This document shows, piece after piece, positions 1-10,200 of a stretch of 64,000 nt of DNA. The notes beneath the pieces are model-generated. The model searched no databases, was not told where the DNA came from, and worked only from the letters and a program-made list of their open reading frames with translations. This DNA comes from Spirochaetaceae bacterium (GTDB lineage: Bacteria; Spirochaetota; Spirochaetia; DSM-2461): NCBI GenBank assembly GCA_051531975.1, contig JAOPTT010000014.1, forward strand, positions 96,001 through 160,000, written 5' to 3'. The position numbers and the translations under genes are program-made. Within the stretch, counting starts at the first letter, position 1. Each line of letters starts with the position of its first letter.

Positions 1-1
1 A

Positions 2-1177
2 AGCCTATATATTTCCTTATTAGATACACTAAACCCAATGCATTCACTATGGAATAGTGGTAGATGGAATAAAATGACCTTAGCCCACGGTTGTTACTGG
101 AAACGTTGTGCATTCTGCGATACAACACTACCTTACATTGCAGAATTTCACCAATCTACAGCCTCAATATTAGTAGATAAAATTGAAAAAATAATAAAGG
201 ACACAGGAGAGAGTGGATTCCATTTTGTAGACGAAGCAGCCCCACCTGCTCTTCTTAAAGAGTTATCGTTAGAACTAATTCGCCGGGGGGTAACTATAAC
301 CTGGTGGACAAATATACGTTTTGAAAATAGGTTCAACCCAGGAATTGCAAAAATAATTGCTAAAGCTGGCTGTATTGGTGTATCTGGAGGTGTAGAAGTT
401 GCATCTGATAGACTATTAAAACTTATGGATAAAGGTGTAACTGTAGACCAAGTTGCCAAAGTAACAGGAGATCTTGGATTAGAGGGGATAATGGTACATG
501 CTTACTTAATGTATGGCTTCCCTACCCAAACAGCACAGGAGACCATCGATGCCCTGGAAGTTGTAAGACAGCTATTTAAGCTAGGTTTAATACAGTCTGC
601 ATACTGGCATCAATTTGCCTTAACAGCCCATAGTAGTGTTGGGCATAATCCAGGTGATTTTAATATAAAAATAACTGAGAAAAAGTTTGAAGGATTTGCA
701 AGGAACGATTTAGAATTTAGCTCGGGGATGGAAGACCCAAATAGATACTCTGTTGGGCTTAAAACTTCACTATATAATTACATGGCTGGGAAAGGCTTAG
801 ATCAACCTCTATCTATATGGTTTAAATCTAAAGTACCTAAAACTAAGATAAAGAAAAACTACATAGAGACATTATTAGAAGGCAAAGAGTTAGAACTTAA
901 AAATACAACCGAGATCATCTGGTTAGGTCCTGAAGTTGATATAAAGGAGAACATACTCTACCTATATGATAATGTTGCTCAGGAAAAAATTGAGTTAACA
1001 ATTTCAGAATCAACTTTTATTAAAGAGTTAACTTCTATGGCAAGTTATAATAATCCTGAAAAGTTAACTTTAGCAGATATGGATATAATAGCTGAAAAAT
1101 ATAAAATAGACCCTGACTTATGGTTAAGCCAAGAGTCTGCTAATTTATTATATAGTTATGGGTTAATACTAATTTAA
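2..1177 (+). CDS. Radical SAM protein (probably B12-binding class), 5'-truncated by window edge
   Basis: CxxxCxxC motif HGCYWKRCAFCD, FVDEA and YLMYGFP motifs; frame is open from position 2, so the real start lies upstream. Confidence 0.85.
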   Translation, partial: SLYISLLDTLNPMHSLWNSGRWNKMTLAHGCYWKRCAFCDTTLPYIAEFHQSTASILVDKIEKIIKDTGESGFHFVDEAAPPALLKELSLELIRRGVTITWWTNIRFENRFNPGIAKIIAKAGCIGVSGGVEVASDRLLKLMDKGVTVDQVAKVTGDLGLEGIMVHAYLMYGFPTQTAQETIDALEVVRQLFKLGLIQSAYWHQFALTAHSSVGHNPGDFNIKITEKKFEGFARNDLEFSSGMEDPNRYSVGLKTSLYNYMAGKGLDQPLSIWFKSKVPKTKIKKNYIETLLEGKELELKNTTEIIWLGPEVDIKENILYLYDNVAQEKIELTISESTFIKELTSMASYNNPEKLTLADMDIIAEKYKIDPDLWLSQESANLLYSYGLILI

Positions 1178-1608
1178 ACGTATTTACCAAAGGTTTTTAA
1201 CATAACAAAAGTTTCAGTATCTGTAATACCATCAACTGCTGATAAAGTTTCAGTTAAAAATTTAACAAGGCCTTTATTAGATTCAACTAATATTTCAATC
1301 ATAATATCATATCGACCAGTAGAGACAGAAACAGATAAAACTTCTTCCATTGCAGCAATCTCTTCAGCCTTTAATTTTAACAAAGAGCTATCACTTAAAG
1401 TTGCAGCAATTAGAGCTAACATCTTATTTTCAAGAACATCAGGATTAATTAAACCACTAATTTTAACAACACCAGAGTCTTTTAGTTTTTTTAGTCTCTG
1501 TCGGATCATCCCCTCAGAAACACCTAACTCTCTTGCTATTGCGTTATTATTTTTATGCTCTTCACGGATATTTTCAATAATCTTCCAATCTATCTCATCT
1601 GGTTGCAT
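1174..1608 (-). CDS. Lrp/AsnC family transcriptional regulator
   Basis: N-terminal HTH IARELGVSEGMIRQRLKKL; C-terminal TGRYDI RAM domain. Confidence 0.9.
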   Translation of the reverse strand: MQPDEIDWKIIENIREEHKNNNAIARELGVSEGMIRQRLKKLKDSGVVKISGLINPDVLENKMLALIAATLSDSSLLKLKAEEIAAMEEVLSVSVSTGRYDIMIEILVESNKGLVKFLTETLSAVDGITDTETFVMLKTFGKYV

Positions 1609-1628
1609 ATCTGATACTCCTTTAAGTA

Positions 1629-3314
1629 CTATTTCTTTTTCTGCATTTTAGCCCATGAATCTTTTAGGGCTACAGTTCTATTAAAAATATAATTATCATC
1701 TGTTGAATCAATATCTTTACAAAAATAACCAATTCTCATAAATTGAACAACTTCACCTATAGTTCGATCTTTTATTGAAGGTTCAATATAAGCGTCGGTA
1801 ATTACTTCTAGGCTCTCTTTATTAATATAATCGTTATATGATTTCCCTTCTTCCATTTTATTCATATCTTCTAAGGTAAATAGTTTATCATATAGTCTAA
1901 CTTCTGCTTTTACTGCGTGTTTTACAGATACCCACTGTATTGTACCCTTAACTTTTCTTCCATCTGGAGTTTTTGCACATCTAGACTCTGGATCATAAGT
2001 ACATAATAACTCTATAACATTACCATTATCATCTTTAATAACCTCGGTACATGTTACATAATATGCATGTTTTAACCTAACTTCCTGACCGACTGTCATC
2101 CTAAAAAACTTTCTAGGTGGTTCTTCAATAAAATCTGTCTGATCAATGTATAACTCTTTTGAAAAAGGAACCATTCTTGTTCCAGCTGTTTCACTATTTT
2201 GGTTATTATCAGCAACAAACTCTTCAACTTGGCCATCAGGGTAGTTTGTAATTGTCACTTTTAAAGGTTTAGTAACTGCCATAACTCTATCTGCACTTCT
2301 ATTTAAGTCTTCCCGGATGATAAACTCTAAAAATGCATAATCCACTAAAGAGTTAACATTAGATAGACCAATTTGTGAACAAAAGTTTCTTATGGATTCA
2401 GGGGAGTAACCTCTTCTACGCATACCACTAATAGTAGGTAGTCTAGGGTCATCCCACCCTGTTACCATATTGGATTCAACAAGCTCTAAAAGATACCTTT
2501 TACTCATAACAGTATAACTTAAATTAAGTCTAGCAAACTCAATTTGTTTTGGTCTATATTCAAAATCTAGGTTATCTAGGAACCAGTTATATAACTCTCT
2601 GTGGTTAATAAATTCTAATGAACATAACGAGTGTGTAATTCCCTCAATTGCATCTTCTAAACAGTGAGCAAAATCGTACATAGGGTATATGCACCACGCA
2701 TCTCCAGTTCTATGATGTTCTACTTTTCTAATTCTGTAAAGAAATGGATCCCTTAAATGAACATTTACATGGGCCATATCAATTTTAGCTCTTAGAGTAC
2801 ACTCTCCTTCGTTAAAATCTCCATTTCTCATTTTATTAAATAGTTCAATATTTTCTTCTATGCTTCTATCCCTAAATGGGCTATTTTTACCTGGTTTAGT
2901 TGGGCTTCCTCGAAACTCCCTAGACTGCTCTGGAGTTAAGTTATCAACATATGCTTTACCATCTTTTATTAATTTAATAGCAGAGTTATAAAATATTTCG
3001 TAATAATCAGACGCAAACTTTACGTCTTTGTCCCAAACGGCACCTAACCACTCTATATCTTTTTTTATAGCATCAACGTAACTAGTATCCTCTTTAACTG
3101 GGTTAGTATCATCAAACCTAAGGTTAAACTTTCCACCATACTCAGATGCAATACCATGGTTAACACAAATAGCTTTAGCATGACCTATATGAAGAAAACC
3201 ATTTGGTTCTGGTGGAAATCTAGTATGTACTCTACTGTCATTCAAGTTGTTCTTTAAATCTTCATTTATTTGAGTTCTGATAAAATCTACTGTTTTAACT
3301 TCACTGTTATCCAT
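1629..3314 (-). CDS. glnS: Glutamine--tRNA ligase
   Basis: TRFPPEPNGFLHIGH, RFDDTNP, YPMYDFAH, MSKR, GWDDPR motifs. Confidence 0.97.
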   Translation of the reverse strand: MDNSEVKTVDFIRTQINEDLKNNLNDSRVHTRFPPEPNGFLHIGHAKAICVNHGIASEYGGKFNLRFDDTNPVKEDTSYVDAIKKDIEWLGAVWDKDVKFASDYYEIFYNSAIKLIKDGKAYVDNLTPEQSREFRGSPTKPGKNSPFRDRSIEENIELFNKMRNGDFNEGECTLRAKIDMAHVNVHLRDPFLYRIRKVEHHRTGDAWCIYPMYDFAHCLEDAIEGITHSLCSLEFINHRELYNWFLDNLDFEYRPKQIEFARLNLSYTVMSKRYLLELVESNMVTGWDDPRLPTISGMRRRGYSPESIRNFCSQIGLSNVNSLVDYAFLEFIIREDLNRSADRVMAVTKPLKVTITNYPDGQVEEFVADNNQNSETAGTRMVPFSKELYIDQTDFIEEPPRKFFRMTVGQEVRLKHAYYVTCTEVIKDDNGNVIELLCTYDPESRCAKTPDGRKVKGTIQWVSVKHAVKAEVRLYDKLFTLEDMNKMEEGKSYNDYINKESLEVITDAYIEPSIKDRTIGEVVQFMRIGYFCKDIDSTDDNYIFNRTVALKDSWAKMQKKK

Positions 3315-3375
3315 TAGGCCCTACTTAATTATCAATTTATCTAAATAATTTTATAGAAAAAAATCTATTGTCACA

Positions 3376-5991
3376 ATGGCAACAAAACAAATATTATATA
3401 CTATGATTACAAAAAAAATTACATTGCTGTTACTACTTTTAATCTTAACATTTTTTAGCGTTTTTTCTGAAACGTCCCATTTTCCATTTGATCTGAATAA
3501 TTGGGACTCAAAAGAGACATATACAAACCAAACATTTAACCTTGGTATCATACAAAGACACAATAAACATATACTTCAGAAATCATTTACAATGCCAAAT
3601 AATATAAATGACAAAATCATATACTTAAATATAAAAAACCATACTGGTTTCTCAAAAATATATTTTAATAACCACCTGTTATCTACAATAGGTTCAATTT
3701 CAAATATTAAAGAGGGTCACTTAGAATATTATCAAGGAATAGTTCTTCCTATAACTACTAAAAAAAACAGTATTAAAATTATCAATTATTCTATAATAAA
3801 TACTTTTAATACAGAATATAGCCTTAACCCTAAAATTCAACCCTCAATTATCTCTAGGTTTTACACTAAAATTACAAAAGTAATCCCTATAGCTTTTGCA
3901 ATAATTACACTGCTTGTAATATTTACGTTCTTTTTTTTCAAGACAGTAGAAGATGGAAAAGGTATTTCATATGTAATATCTCTTACTCTTTTTCTTATCT
4001 ATTTTTTAATATCAGCTATAAGTCCACACGATGTTTTGTCTAAACAACTATCTTTTGTTGCACCACCACTATACGGCCTAGCCTGGCTAATATTTATACT
4101 TTTTTATAATAAAAAATATGACATCTGGGATATTAAAAAAACTTCAATAGCAACATTTAGTATATTATCTCTCTTTCTATCAGTATTTATAATTTATCAT
4201 TACAATATTATTTTTTTAGATATAAGGGTTGTATATAATATTTACTACTTAATACTTATTACAGTTTTAATGATATTAACCTTTAAAGGGCCCAAGCCTA
4301 ACGAAAAACAATTTAGAATAGGTCTTATTGTTTCTATTACAATCCACAGTATTAATACAATTTTATTAATATTTTTTAGTTTCCCAACATATGGGATATT
4401 GGAAATGGGTACATTGGTGTTTATAATATCCTACGATTTTTCATTTTTAACTGCCATGGTTACAAAAATTAATAGTTCAGAAAACTATACACAAAAGCTA
4501 TTAGATACTATTGAAAAGAGTAAAATTGAGATAGATAAAAAAGACAATAAAATAGCTGATTTAAAAACAACAAATGGAGAAATATTAAGAGAGAAATCAC
4601 TCTTTTTCTCAACATTAAGTAGTAACCTAAGGGCTCCACTTAACAGTATTATTGGATATGGAGAAAACCTATATTCTACAGATAATATAGATGGTGTCCA
4701 CGAATTAGTATCTGGGATTATTTTAGAGTCAGATAAAATATTCCAAGCAATAAATAATGTGACAGACTTCTCGGTAAAAGATTTCACAAATAACGACCTA
4801 CAACTAAAAGATTTTAGAATGAAAGAGATATATGAAAATTCAGTTTATGACTCCCCTATAATATCAGCATATAAAAATAGGATTAACTATAAATCTTTAG
4901 ATAACACGGATAAGATTCTAATATGTGGAAACCCTAATATTTACAAACAGATATTAACAAGTTTCTTTAACTATTTAATTACAAAAAGCCCTGAATCTAT
5001 AGATTATTCAATCTCCCACTCTGAAATTATTGGAGACTATATGGAATTAAATGTCTCTTTAAAAGCAAACAATTTAAAAGAGACTGAGATCTCAATTATC
5101 TCCCCAAAAGAAAAGTATCGAGAGATATTTATTAAATATATAAAACTATACAACATTGGCTTCGAAGAGGAACTAAAGGATAGTAACTACTATATAAATA
5201 TTAAATTTGAGTGTGGAGTATCTAAAAGTCAAAGTATAAGCAAAAGAGTACAGGAAATACCTTCAAATATAATGTTATCAAAAAATATAACAGTCCTTGT
5301 TGTAGAAGATTATATACCAAATCTTAAAATTGTTGAGATGCACTTAACAAAAATGGGATGTAATGTATTAACAGCCACCGATGGAGAGCAATCGATATCA
5401 ATTTTTAATAATAATATTGTAGATGTTGTTTTAATGGATATAAAAATGCCAATAATGGATGGTTGGGAAGCTACAGAGAAAATAAGATCTACAGAAAAGG
5501 GATTAGATACTCTAATAATTGGTCTTACTGCAAGTTCTTTAGACTTAGATATTAGGCACTGCTTTGAATCAGGTATGGACGATGTACAGGTAAAACCGAT
5601 ACGTAAAAATCAGCTATATAATAAACTTAGAGCGTTAGAGACATTTGAACCGCTAGTCTTTCCAACCCCTAGTCAACTTAGAGCAGACTATGGCCTATCT
5701 AAGGTAGAAACTGATAAACTTTTCACATCATCTATAAAACAGATAGAGAAACAGATAGAAGTTATGGAAATGTTAGCATCAGCTGGGGATGATGGCGGAC
5801 TAGATAAAGAGAGACCATCAATAATAAATGCTGCGGTATCAATAAATGCATTCTATTTTGTGCGGCTACTACGTAACTATTTTAATGCATATGAGAATAA
5901 AGAACCAATTAGACAAAATGATATTTTAATAAGATTAAAAGCTATAATAAAGGAGATAATTCAGACAAATGTTACACTATTCAGGGATTGA
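3376..5991 (+). CDS. Multi-TM hybrid sensor-kinase-like protein with degenerate HisKA/HATPase/HPt and intact receiver domain
   Basis: About 7 TM helices; HisKA-like LSSNLRAPLNSIIGY lacking His; REC VLVVED...LMDIKMPIMDG...LTA...KP; start may be 3403. Confidence 0.75.
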   Translation: MATKQILYTMITKKITLLLLLLILTFFSVFSETSHFPFDLNNWDSKETYTNQTFNLGIIQRHNKHILQKSFTMPNNINDKIIYLNIKNHTGFSKIYFNNHLLSTIGSISNIKEGHLEYYQGIVLPITTKKNSIKIINYSIINTFNTEYSLNPKIQPSIISRFYTKITKVIPIAFAIITLLVIFTFFFFKTVEDGKGISYVISLTLFLIYFLISAISPHDVLSKQLSFVAPPLYGLAWLIFILFYNKKYDIWDIKKTSIATFSILSLFLSVFIIYHYNIIFLDIRVVYNIYYLILITVLMILTFKGPKPNEKQFRIGLIVSITIHSINTILLIFFSFPTYGILEMGTLVFIISYDFSFLTAMVTKINSSENYTQKLLDTIEKSKIEIDKKDNKIADLKTTNGEILREKSLFFSTLSSNLRAPLNSIIGYGENLYSTDNIDGVHELVSGIILESDKIFQAINNVTDFSVKDFTNNDLQLKDFRMKEIYENSVYDSPIISAYKNRINYKSLDNTDKILICGNPNIYKQILTSFFNYLITKSPESIDYSISHSEIIGDYMELNVSLKANNLKETEISIISPKEKYREIFIKYIKLYNIGFEEELKDSNYYINIKFECGVSKSQSISKRVQEIPSNIMLSKNITVLVVEDYIPNLKIVEMHLTKMGCNVLTATDGEQSISIFNNNIVDVVLMDIKMPIMDGWEATEKIRSTEKGLDTLIIGLTASSLDLDIRHCFESGMDDVQVKPIRKNQLYNKLRALETFEPLVFPTPSQLRADYGLSKVETDKLFTSSIKQIEKQIEVMEMLASAGDDGGLDKERPSIINAAVSINAFYFVRLLRNYFNAYENKEPIRQNDILIRLKAIIKEIIQTNVTLFRD

Positions 5992-6844
5992 TGAAGCTGG
6001 ACTAGGACCTATCTTAGGACCATTTTGTGCGGCATCTACAACTTTTTATTCTCCAAGCCCACTAAAAGAACTTCTTGCAGACCAGCAAAAAAAACTATTT
6101 TATGTAGATGATAGTAAAAAAGTATATCAGGGTAAAAATGGATTATATAGATTGGAACTAAATATCTTAAGTTTTTATCTGTTATTACATGGGCAGATTC
6201 CTAAAGATACAATGTCATTTATTCCATCAATGAAAACTTTATGGAATTCAGATAATATAGAACTCCCTATAATTGCAAAACGAGAAGAGATCTATGAAAA
6301 AGCTGATAAAATAAAGGACGTTTTTGACCAGAGAGGTATTAGATTAATAGATATAAAAAGAACAGCAGTCTCTGCAGAAAACTTTAACAAGTTGATCGAT
6401 ATTTGGGATAATAAAAGTGTAGTTTGCCAAAAAATAATAAATCCACTAATTCTATCAACAACTAACATTCAAACAACACATCAGATGGTTATTGATAAAC
6501 AGGGAGGCAGAAAGTTCTATAAGGAATATTTAGATACACTACTAAATAGTAGCGTTGAAATTATAAGAGAAGAACCAAACCACTCTCAATATAAAAAAGA
6601 TAATATGGATATACATTTTAGAGCAAAAGCCGACTCCTCAAATTTTTGTGTTGCTCTATCATCTATGTTTGCAAAATATATGCGGGAGGTTTCAATGGCC
6701 GGTTTTAATAACTATTGGATAAGACAATACCCAGAGCTTAAAAGAACTGCTGGCTATTATACCGATGGAATCAGGTTTATAAACCAGTTAAAAGATAAAA
6801 ATCTGGAACCACAAAACATAGATACTCTTATAAGAAAAAAATGA
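5969..6844 (+). CDS. Ribonuclease HII-like protein (divergent)
   Basis: GIDEAGLGPILGP, DDSKK, IDKQGG, KAD, VALSSMFAK motifs. Confidence 0.75.
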   Translation: MLHYSGIDEAGLGPILGPFCAASTTFYSPSPLKELLADQQKKLFYVDDSKKVYQGKNGLYRLELNILSFYLLLHGQIPKDTMSFIPSMKTLWNSDNIELPIIAKREEIYEKADKIKDVFDQRGIRLIDIKRTAVSAENFNKLIDIWDNKSVVCQKIINPLILSTTNIQTTHQMVIDKQGGRKFYKEYLDTLLNSSVEIIREEPNHSQYKKDNMDIHFRAKADSSNFCVALSSMFAKYMREVSMAGFNNYWIRQYPELKRTAGYYTDGIRFINQLKDKNLEPQNIDTLIRKK

Positions 6845-6873
6845 CAGATGCCCAGTGGACATCTGCCAAAAAA
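6835..6873. terminator. Hairpin terminator between convergent genes
   Basis: Minus strand GGCAGATGTCC-ACT-GGGCATCTGTC followed by ATTTTTTT. Confidence 0.7.
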
Positions 6874-6893
6874 TAAGGAAGAAAAATATGAAA

Positions 6894-7727
6894 TTATCCC
6901 TTTACAGCACCTGCGGAGAGCCCTTTTACGAACTGTTTTGCTAAAAGAAGATATATGATAATTACTGGAACAGAGGCTAAAGTAAGTACAGCAAATACAA
7001 GGTCAAACTTAGTATCAAACTGTCCAAATAGCTGTCCTGTTGCTAGTGGGATTGTATATAAATCCCTTGTTTTTATTAAAACTAAAGGGAACCAAAACTC
7101 ATTCCAGTTAGGAATAAAACTAATTATAGCTGCAGCTGCAATTCCTGGTTTAACTAGTGGTGCTATAATTCTAAAGAAGATACCAGGTTCAGAACAACCA
7201 TCAATTCTAGCAGCACTACTTAACTCGTCTGGTATCATTTTGATATAGTCGTATAAAATAAATACACTTAACGGAATAGCCATAGCAATATAAACAATAA
7301 TCAGAGATGTATGAGTATCAAAGATTGTTAAATTAATCATTGTTTTCATAATATCAATAGTTCCTAACTTTATTGGAACAATTAAACCTACAATAAAAAA
7401 TGAATATAGAGCTTTTTGAAACTTAAACTTATACTTAGATAGAGCAAAAGATGCTAATGAAGATATTGAAACCGCAATAGATAGAGAAACTACGGTAACA
7501 AAAACACTATTATAGAAATACCGCCCATAATTAGATTTACTAAAAAGTTTAATATAAGCGTCAAATTTAAATGCTGCAGGCAAACCCAAAGGGTTTGTAA
7601 AAATCTCAGCGTTGCTCTTAAAAGAGGTCATTACCATAATAAAAAGAGGTAAAATAATACTTAATGCATAAAATATCATTACAAGGTATAACCCTGTTTT
7701 AGCCAAAGGCTTTTTTAAGTCTTTCAT
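6894..7727 (-). CDS. Carbohydrate ABC transporter permease (MalG type)
   Basis: EAA-like loop ELSSAARIDGCS, WNEF motif, TM helices. Confidence 0.92.
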   Translation of the reverse strand: MKDLKKPLAKTGLYLVMIFYALSIILPLFIMVMTSFKSNAEIFTNPLGLPAAFKFDAYIKLFSKSNYGRYFYNSVFVTVVSLSIAVSISSLASFALSKYKFKFQKALYSFFIVGLIVPIKLGTIDIMKTMINLTIFDTHTSLIIVYIAMAIPLSVFILYDYIKMIPDELSSAARIDGCSEPGIFFRIIAPLVKPGIAAAAIISFIPNWNEFWFPLVLIKTRDLYTIPLATGQLFGQFDTKFDLVFAVLTLASVPVIIIYLLLAKQFVKGLSAGAVKG

Positions 7728-8647
7728 TAGTTCAACGCCTCCTTTCTCTTGTTAAAGAACGCCATAAATCCAGTAACACCAACACAAACAATAACAAACA
7801 TCATGGTTGCAACTGTAGCACCCATACCTGTTCCCCAACCTCCACGTTCAGGAGATGAGAATGTAGTTCTATAAAATAGAGAACCAAATATATCTGTACT
7901 ATAACCAGGATCACCTTTTGTAGATGTCATGGCATAGATAATGTCAAATTGAGTAAAATCACCAATAAATATAAGTATTGTTACAATACCAACAATTGGT
8001 AAAACAGAAGGTATAATAATATAAATAATTTCGTGCCATAGATTAGCACCGTCAATTCTTGCAGCTTCCATTATTGAATCATCAATTCCATCTATACCAG
8101 AAGCATAAAACATAACTGACTCACCAAAGAACTGCCAACTAACAGCTACGGAAACTAAAACTAATGCTGTCCTTGGATCACCTAACCATGGTAAAACAAG
8201 TTTCCCTAATCCGATAGCTTCTAAAAAGTTATCAAAAACACCTGGGTATGGTTGAAGAATTAGTTTAAAAATAAAACCTACAACTAATACAGAAAGTGTT
8301 GTTGGTAAAAAACTTAATTTACGCATAAACTTAGAACCCGTAAAAGTTCTAGTAACTAAAACAGCCATAAAGAAACCAAAAACATTTTGTATTAATGTAA
8401 CAATAATAAAAAATTGAATATTGTTTCCAAAGGCATTCCAAAATTTCGAATAGTATCTTTCCTCTGTAAAAAGTCTGATATAATTATCAAGACCTACAAA
8501 CTCATCTAATATTAGACCATCTCCAGTAAACAGACTGTAACGCATGGAATTAAGAATAGGTAGTAGCATAAATATTGTATAAACAATAAATGCTGGAAAG
8601 ATAAAAGCAAATAGAAACTTAAAATGTTTTTTATTAGCTTGTAGCAT
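7727..8647 (-). CDS. Carbohydrate ABC transporter permease (MalF type)
   Basis: FVGLDNY, EAARIDGAN motifs, TM helices. Confidence 0.92.
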   Translation of the reverse strand: MLQANKKHFKFLFAFIFPAFIVYTIFMLLPILNSMRYSLFTGDGLILDEFVGLDNYIRLFTEERYYSKFWNAFGNNIQFFIIVTLIQNVFGFFMAVLVTRTFTGSKFMRKLSFLPTTLSVLVVGFIFKLILQPYPGVFDNFLEAIGLGKLVLPWLGDPRTALVLVSVAVSWQFFGESVMFYASGIDGIDDSIMEAARIDGANLWHEIIYIIIPSVLPIVGIVTILIFIGDFTQFDIIYAMTSTKGDPGYSTDIFGSLFYRTTFSSPERGGWGTGMGATVATMMFVIVCVGVTGFMAFFNKRKEALN

Positions 8648-8708
8648 ATAAAACTCCTTTATTAACTTTAATTACACTAATAGTATAACTAGTACTATAG
8701 GTTTCCCT

Positions 8709-8739
8709 AGGTACATCAGTACTAAAGTTAGTACTGTTT
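8709..8739. promoter_or_regulatory. Putative response-regulator operator, copy upstream of permeases
   Basis: AGGTAC-atc-AGTACT-aaagtt-AGTACTGTTT; same boxes and spacing as 10149-10179. Confidence 0.65.
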
Positions 8740-8756
8740 ATTGGTATTAAATCTAA

Positions 8757-8784
8757 TAAAAAAAGCCCCCGAAGGAGCTTTCTA
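8757..8784 (-). terminator. Intrinsic terminator after solute-binding protein gene
   Basis: AAAGCTCC-TTCG-GGGGCTTT plus T tract on minus strand. Confidence 0.8.
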
Positions 8785-8803
8785 TTATTGTTATTGTTAT
8801 TGT

Positions 8804-10090
8804 CTACTCATAGTACCAAGATAAACCATCGTCGATATACTTAGCAGCTTCGTCTACAGAATGAACATCTGCATACATTAACTGAATAGCTTCACCAACT
8901 AAAGCGTTACCACTAGGGTCTTGTGCAGATAATTTTTCCCAAACTGTTCTTACAGTAGGTACAGAATCTGCAACATAATCTTGCATCTGCTTAGCTAAAT
9001 CGTTAGTTAAAGTATATTTTCCTGGAGTATAACTAAAGAAACCAGGTAACTCATCCATAAATAACTGAGCATATTCAGGAGATGCTAACCACTGCATATA
9101 CAGTTTAGCTTCTTTTAAATGCTTAGTGTTTTTATTTAATGCAATACCAGCATCAACATGGAAACAGTACTGTAATGTATCTCCAGCTTTAGCAACAGGA
9201 GGTGCAAAATAACCAACATCTTCAAGACCACCTAAGTCCTCAAAAATACCAATTTCCCAGCTTCCACCCATAAACATAGCAGCGTTAGCAGTACCAAACA
9301 TCTGTTGCATAGTTACATAGTCAACAGCTTGGTAACCTTTTGGAAAGTACTGTTGTAGTTCTTTCATTTTTTCTAAAGCTAATACAAAGTTATCGTCTGT
9401 CATTCTAGCTTCTTTTGTTAATAGTTTTTGTCTAGCAGCTTCACCACCATAGAAGTTAGCACCTAAACCAGCATACATTACTTCGTATAACATCCAGTTA
9501 TCTTTAGTTCCCTGTGCAAATACAGTCTCACCAGCAGCTTTTAATGTATCACAAACAGTAATGAACTCATCCCAAGTTGCAGGAGGTGTTAAACCATGTT
9601 TTTCAAATATACTTTTTCTGTAGTAAACACCATGAACAACACCAGCTGAAGGAATACCATAACTAGCACCTTGTGGAGTAGCCCAAGCAGCTTTTGCAGC
9701 TGATGGAAAATCACTTAAACTAGGAATTATAGAATCTAATTCTAATAGTGAATCAGTTTTATAAATCTGATAACCAGAGTCATAAGATCTTAAGAATATA
9801 ATATCAGCTCCAACACCAGCAGTTAAAGTTTGCTTTAACTGTGCGTCGTACTCTGTATCTTTTACAGGTTGAAAATCAATTTCAATGTTTGGATACTTTT
9901 TCGTAAAAGCTTCATTGATTCTATCCATTCGATCAATGTCCTCAGTTCTCCAACTTGTAAAAACAAGCTTAACCTTCTCTACTTTTGCTTCTTTAACTTC
10001 TGCAGGTGCACTTTCTGCAGCTTTCTTTTGACAGCCAGTAAACATTAAAGCAACTAGCATTACCGATAATAATAGGGCAATTTTTTTCAA
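8804..10090 (-). CDS. Sugar ABC transporter solute-binding lipoprotein
   Basis: Lipobox-like MFTGC, SBP family 1 features (PPATWDEF, AAMFMGGSW), TTG start with AGGAG RBS. Confidence 0.9.
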   Translation of the reverse strand: MKKIALLLSVMLVALMFTGCQKKAAESAPAEVKEAKVEKVKLVFTSWRTEDIDRMDRINEAFTKKYPNIEIDFQPVKDTEYDAQLKQTLTAGVGADIIFLRSYDSGYQIYKTDSLLELDSIIPSLSDFPSAAKAAWATPQGASYGIPSAGVVHGVYYRKSIFEKHGLTPPATWDEFITVCDTLKAAGETVFAQGTKDNWMLYEVMYAGLGANFYGGEAARQKLLTKEARMTDDNFVLALEKMKELQQYFPKGYQAVDYVTMQQMFGTANAAMFMGGSWEIGIFEDLGGLEDVGYFAPPVAKAGDTLQYCFHVDAGIALNKNTKHLKEAKLYMQWLASPEYAQLFMDELPGFFSYTPGKYTLTNDLAKQMQDYVADSVPTVRTVWEKLSAQDPSGNALVGEAIQLMYADVHSVDEAAKYIDDGLSWYYE

Positions 10091-10148
10091 AACAGTTCTC
10101 CTTTTTTTAATCCTAAGTTAAGGCTAAGCCCACTTTAAGCAGAACACA

Positions 10149-10179
10149 AGGTACTAAAGTACTGGAAATAGTACTGTTT
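10149..10179. promoter_or_regulatory. Putative response-regulator operator, copy upstream of solute-binding gene
   Basis: AGGTAC-taa-AGTACT-ggaaat-AGTACTGTTT; matches 8709-8739. Confidence 0.65.
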
Positions 10180-10200
10180 TATATGAAAGGTATGGGTTTA

